64,000 nt of DNA from Polyangiales bacterium (GTDB taxonomy: Bacteria > Myxococcota_A > Polyangia > Polyangiales > Ga0077539). Every line of letters starts with the position of its first letter. Position 1 is the stretch's first letter. The position numbers and the translations under genes are program-made. Below are positions 61,177-64,000 of the stretch, piece by piece. The stretch lies in contig JAXLYI010000003.1 of the NCBI GenBank assembly GCA_046351555.1, positions 584,142 to 648,141 of the forward strand. Reading direction: 5' to 3'. Under the pieces are notes generated by a model, which saw only the letters and a list, made by a program, of their open reading frames with translations, was not told the DNA's origin and searched no databases.

Positions 61177-62148
61177 TCACTCGACGCAGCGCTGGGCGAA
61201 GGTCGCCGTCACGCCGGCGCGCCGTCGCACCAGGTCGTCGCAGGCGGGCCCGAACACCTCGATGGCCCCCTGCGACGGGTCGCGCCAGTCCCAGCCCGCG
61301 CGTCGGGCGGGGTCGTGCGCGATCGCGCCGCCGCCGTCCGCCGTGACCGTCGGGGTCCCCGCTGCGCCCGCGGGCCTGCGCAGCGTCCCCCGGCAGTAGT
61401 ACGACGGCAGCACGGCCCGCGCGACCGACGCGCCGACGGCGGCGGTGTCGTACCCGTCGACGAAGCGCTGCGGCCCGCCGAGCGACGCGAGCCCGCCCGC
61501 CACGGCGGTGCGGCCCGCGAGGTCGCCCGCCCGCGGCGCGCTGATGGGCATCCCGATCACCAGCGTGGGGACGCCATCGGCCGCGGCGCGCGCGACGGGC
61601 GCGGGGTCCTGCGCGCAGTAGTAGCCGTGCGAGAAGAAGATCAGGAAGCGCCCGGCCGTCGGCGGGGTGCCCCGTCGCACCTCGGGGAGCGCGAGCTCGA
61701 CGATGTAGGCGAGACGGAAGGGCTGCCAGTTGGAAACGCTGCGGTAGGCGGCAGTGATGTCAGCGAGCGGAGTGCCACGCGCGAGAAGAATCGCGGGAGG
61801 GAGTCCCCTGCATTGCACCACCTCCGAATCAACGACTCTGTCGTTGTTGTTGGTGATGGCCGCGCCGATGGAGGCGGCGCCCTGCAGGACGCGGAAGGTC
61901 ACCTCCAGGGCGGCGAGCTGGGCCTCGAATCGACTTCGCTCGCCGGGGAGCCCACGATCTGAGGCGAGGCTTGTGTGATCGAGGATGGCCATCACGGAGG
62001 CCGGCTCCGGCTCCATGACCGAGGAGCACGGAACCTCCAGCGCTGAGCGCGCGCCGCAGGAGGCCGCGACGATCGCCAGCGGCACGACGCAGCACACCGC
62101 CGCGCGGAAGCCGGATTCCGCCAGGCGAAGCGGCAGAGGGGCCTTCAC
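61177..62148 (-). CDS. Putative lipoprotein, unknown function
   Basis: MKAPLPLRLAESGFRAAVCCVVPLAIVAASCG provides a signal peptide and lipobox. It is a 323-aa globular protein with scattered Cys residues. I recognise no family. Confidence 0.6.
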   Translation of the reverse strand: MKAPLPLRLAESGFRAAVCCVVPLAIVAASCGARSALEVPCSSVMEPEPASVMAILDHTSLASDRGLPGERSRFEAQLAALEVTFRVLQGAASIGAAITNNNDRVVDSEVVQCRGLPPAILLARGTPLADITAAYRSVSNWQPFRLAYIVELALPEVRRGTPPTAGRFLIFFSHGYYCAQDPAPVARAAADGVPTLVIGMPISAPRAGDLAGRTAVAGGLASLGGPQRFVDGYDTAAVGASVARAVLPSYYCRGTLRRPAGAAGTPTVTADGGGAIAHDPARRAGWDWRDPSQGAIEVFGPACDDLVRRRAGVTATFAQRCVE

Positions 62149-62153
62149 GACGC

Positions 62154-62239
62154 GCGGACGCTATCACGGCGCGTCTTCCGCAGCGTTCCCCCCGTCTCGC
62201 CCGCCGCGCGGTATCCTCGCGCGGGTGATCCCCCGCCTC
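62154..62239 (-). promoter_or_regulatory. Upstream element copy 2 (same two boxes as 61099..61175; spacer 36 nt instead of 27 nt)
   Basis: See copy 1. The distal box also contains the candidate GTG start (62225) of the divergent + strand gene. Confidence 0.5.
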
Positions 62240-63577
62240 AGCGAGCGCACCGGGCAGGCCCGGCGCGGCGAGCTCACCACCTCCGACGCCGGCTTCGTCA
62301 CCTTCTTCCTCGTCTTCTTCGGCACGCTCGTGCTGGAGATCGTCGGCGAGGTCTGGCGCCAGTCCCACGGCGGCGTCGGCTACGCCGCGAGCTTCACCCC
62401 GTGGACGGGCCTCCTCCTCGTCGCGCTGCCCGCGCCCGGCACCCGCAAGGCGCTCCACGACGAGGCCGCGCAACGCGTCACCCACGCCGTCGTCGGGCTC
62501 ACCGCCGCCGCGCTCACCCCCGCCTTCCTCGCGGGCTACGAGTCGCTCTCCCGCGACGCACACACGGGCATGGGCCACATGCGCGCGCCGACGGTGTACG
62601 CCACCTCCGCGGCCTTCGCCGCGCTCCTCGTGTGGCCGCTCCTGTCGCGCGCCAACGCCTTCGCGCGGCGCGCCGTGCCCGCGCTCGCCCTCGCACTCGC
62701 CCTCGCGTCGCTCACGGCGGCCCTCACGTTCGCCCCGCGGCTCTGGTCGCGCCCCGAGGCGGTCGAGCTGCTCCGCGGCGCATCCCTCGGAGGCGAACTC
62801 CCGCGTCCGGACGCCTGGCCCGGACAGCTCGACGAAGGGCCCGTCACCATGACGCGGCGGATGCCCCCGCGCGCGCGGGACGCCAGGCCGAGCCCCCGCG
62901 ACGACGTGCGCCGGGCGGACGACGCGCGCGTCCCCTTCGCGCTCTTCGCCCGCTGCGAGCGCTGGTACTGCGACCTCCGGGGCGAGCCCGCGGGGGCCGC
63001 GTGGCCGGCCTTCCCGGGCCACTGGTACCCGTCGCTCCTGCGCGACAAGCCCGTGAGCTTCCGCCTCGCCGGCGACGTCGTCTTCCTCTCGCAACCCACC
63101 GGCGAAACCACCTTCCACGCCGACGGGCGCTACGCCTCCCTCGCCTCCCTCGCCGACCGCGTGCGCCCGCCCGACCCCTGGCTCTTCGGCGCGTTCACCG
63201 GCGCCGCCCTCGCGCTCACGCTGCTCGTCCGCGCGCGACGCGTCCGCAAGACGCATCGGCTCGACGACGGGTGGTTCCCCGTCACCATCCAACCCGACGG
63301 GACGGCGCTCGACGCGGACAAGCGCCTCTACGCCGTCGAGGTCGTCGGCCCGACGCCGCCCCTGGGCCCCGCCTTCGCGCGACGCGAACGCGCCCCGCAA
63401 GCCGCCTACCGCGAGGGCGCCGTCCCCGTGCTCCGCGAAGTGCTCTCGGGGGATGCGACGACCCTCGCGCAGGCCCTCGACGCCTGGGTGCTCGCGTGCG
63501 ACGCGCGCGCCCTCGCCGCAGCCGCGTGGGGCGGCGGATCGCTCCTCGCGTGGGCGTACGCGACCGGGCTGCGCTGA
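62225..63577 (+). CDS. Polytopic membrane protein of unknown function
   Basis: Helices include FVTFFLVFFGTLVLEIVG, WTGLLLVALPA, AVVGLTAAALTPAFLAG, ATSAAFAALLVWPLL, ALALALALASLTAALTF and LFGAFTGAALALTLLV. The start is uncertain; the GTG at 62225 was chosen as the first start clear of the divergent gene. Confidence 0.5.
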   Translation: MIPRLSERTGQARRGELTTSDAGFVTFFLVFFGTLVLEIVGEVWRQSHGGVGYAASFTPWTGLLLVALPAPGTRKALHDEAAQRVTHAVVGLTAAALTPAFLAGYESLSRDAHTGMGHMRAPTVYATSAAFAALLVWPLLSRANAFARRAVPALALALALASLTAALTFAPRLWSRPEAVELLRGASLGGELPRPDAWPGQLDEGPVTMTRRMPPRARDARPSPRDDVRRADDARVPFALFARCERWYCDLRGEPAGAAWPAFPGHWYPSLLRDKPVSFRLAGDVVFLSQPTGETTFHADGRYASLASLADRVRPPDPWLFGAFTGAALALTLLVRARRVRKTHRLDDGWFPVTIQPDGTALDADKRLYAVEVVGPTPPLGPAFARRERAPQAAYREGAVPVLREVLSGDATTLAQALDAWVLACDARALAAAAWGGGSLLAWAYATGLR

Positions 63578-63631
63578 CGTCCGTTGCTTGCGCAGCGCGC
63601 GCAACCTGTGCCATGGAGCGCGCACCTCCCC

Positions 63632-64000
63632 GTGAGCTCACCGCGCGCCGCCCTGGCGCCCCTCTTCCTCACCGTCTTCATCGACCTGCTCGGCTTCGGG
63701 CTGACGATCCCGCTGCTGCCCTACTACGCGCGGGCCCACGGCGCGACGGCCTTCGAGGTGTCGCTGCTCTCCACGGCCTTCTCGGCGATGCAGTTCGCCT
63801 TCATGCCGCTCTGGGGCGCCCTCTCCGACCGCGTCGGCCGCCGCCCGGTGCTCCTCTGGAGCGTCGCCGCCACGGCCGTCGCGATGGCCCTCCTCGGCTT
63901 CGCGCGCTCGTACCCCGAGCTCGTGTTGGTTCGGCTCTTCCAGGGCGTCACCACCGCCAACGTCGCGGTCGCGCAGGCGTACATCGCCGACGTGACGCCG
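63632..64000 (+). CDS. MFS transporter (drug:H+ antiporter-like), 5' part only; continues beyond the window
   Basis: My own translation from the GTG at 63632 gives VSSPRAALAPLFLTVFIDLLGFGLTIPLLPYYA..PLWGALSDRVGRRPVLL. It contains the MFS signature G-x-L-S-D-R-x-G-R-R. It is not in the ORF track because it is open at the window edge. Confidence 0.8.
   Translation, partial: MSSPRAALAPLFLTVFIDLLGFGLTIPLLPYYARAHGATAFEVSLLSTAFSAMQFAFMPLWGALSDRVGRRPVLLWSVAATAVAMALLGFARSYPELVLVRLFQGVTTANVAVAQAYIADVTP

Noticed and set aside
61092-61346. 84-aa + ORF sharing GRYH and RGILARVIPRL peptides with the start of ORF 61985..63577
   Set aside because: The shared peptides simply reflect the duplicated DNA boxes. 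The rest of the ORF is Arg-rich and antisense to the 3' end of the lipoprotein gene, so a duplicated regulatory element is the simpler reading.
56187-61399. Giant ORFs 56187..61121 (-, 1644 aa) and 57770..61399 (+, 1209 aa)
   Set aside because: Both are Arg/Gly/Asp/Pro-rich shadow frames. They run across four well-supported genes (hppD, kup, the epimerase and the 188-aa protein), which is typical of stop-codon-poor GC-rich DNA.

Overview
This is a very GC-rich (roughly 73-75% by eye) chromosomal segment. Its gene content and protein style point to Myxococcota, probably a Polyangiia or Sandaracinus-like lineage: many lipoproteins with Pro/Asp/Ala-rich linkers, a CGNG..EECDDGN Cys-rich repeat, several eukaryotic-like Ser/Thr kinases and an FHA-sigma54 activator. 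The taxon is an inference. I support about 52 protein-coding genes. I saw no rRNA, tRNA, CRISPR array, transposase or integrase. Recognisable housekeeping genes are alternative complex III actA/actB (left edge), ygfZ, queA, ald, the H+-pyrophosphatase hppA, an acyl-CoA dehydrogenase, a prepilin peptidase, truA, 2-oxoacid dehydrogenase E1 alpha and beta, galM, an MltD-like transglycosylase, hppD, kup and two MFS transporters. Because of the GC content, most long ORFs in the six-frame track are antisense or out-of-frame shadows. Real genes were chosen by amino-acid composition and motifs, and internal starts were placed by residue offsets from the track. The most interesting regions are: (1) 43.3-50.1 kb, where a frameshifted Ser/Thr kinase and a divergent FHA-sigma54 activator sit next to an orphan membrane lipoprotein, a cytoplasmic trypsin-like protease and an orphan N/Y/T-rich 216-aa protein; (2) a MoaD/ThiS-like Gly-Gly protein paired with a cytoplasmic Asp-box propeller; (3) a three-gene orphan cluster at 60.5-63.6 kb with a duplicated upstream element; (4) a 44-nt-period intergenic repeat array; and (5) recurrent -10-like boxes a few nt upstream of start codons, suggesting leaderless mRNAs. 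All family assignments come from motif recognition by eye. No database search was run.
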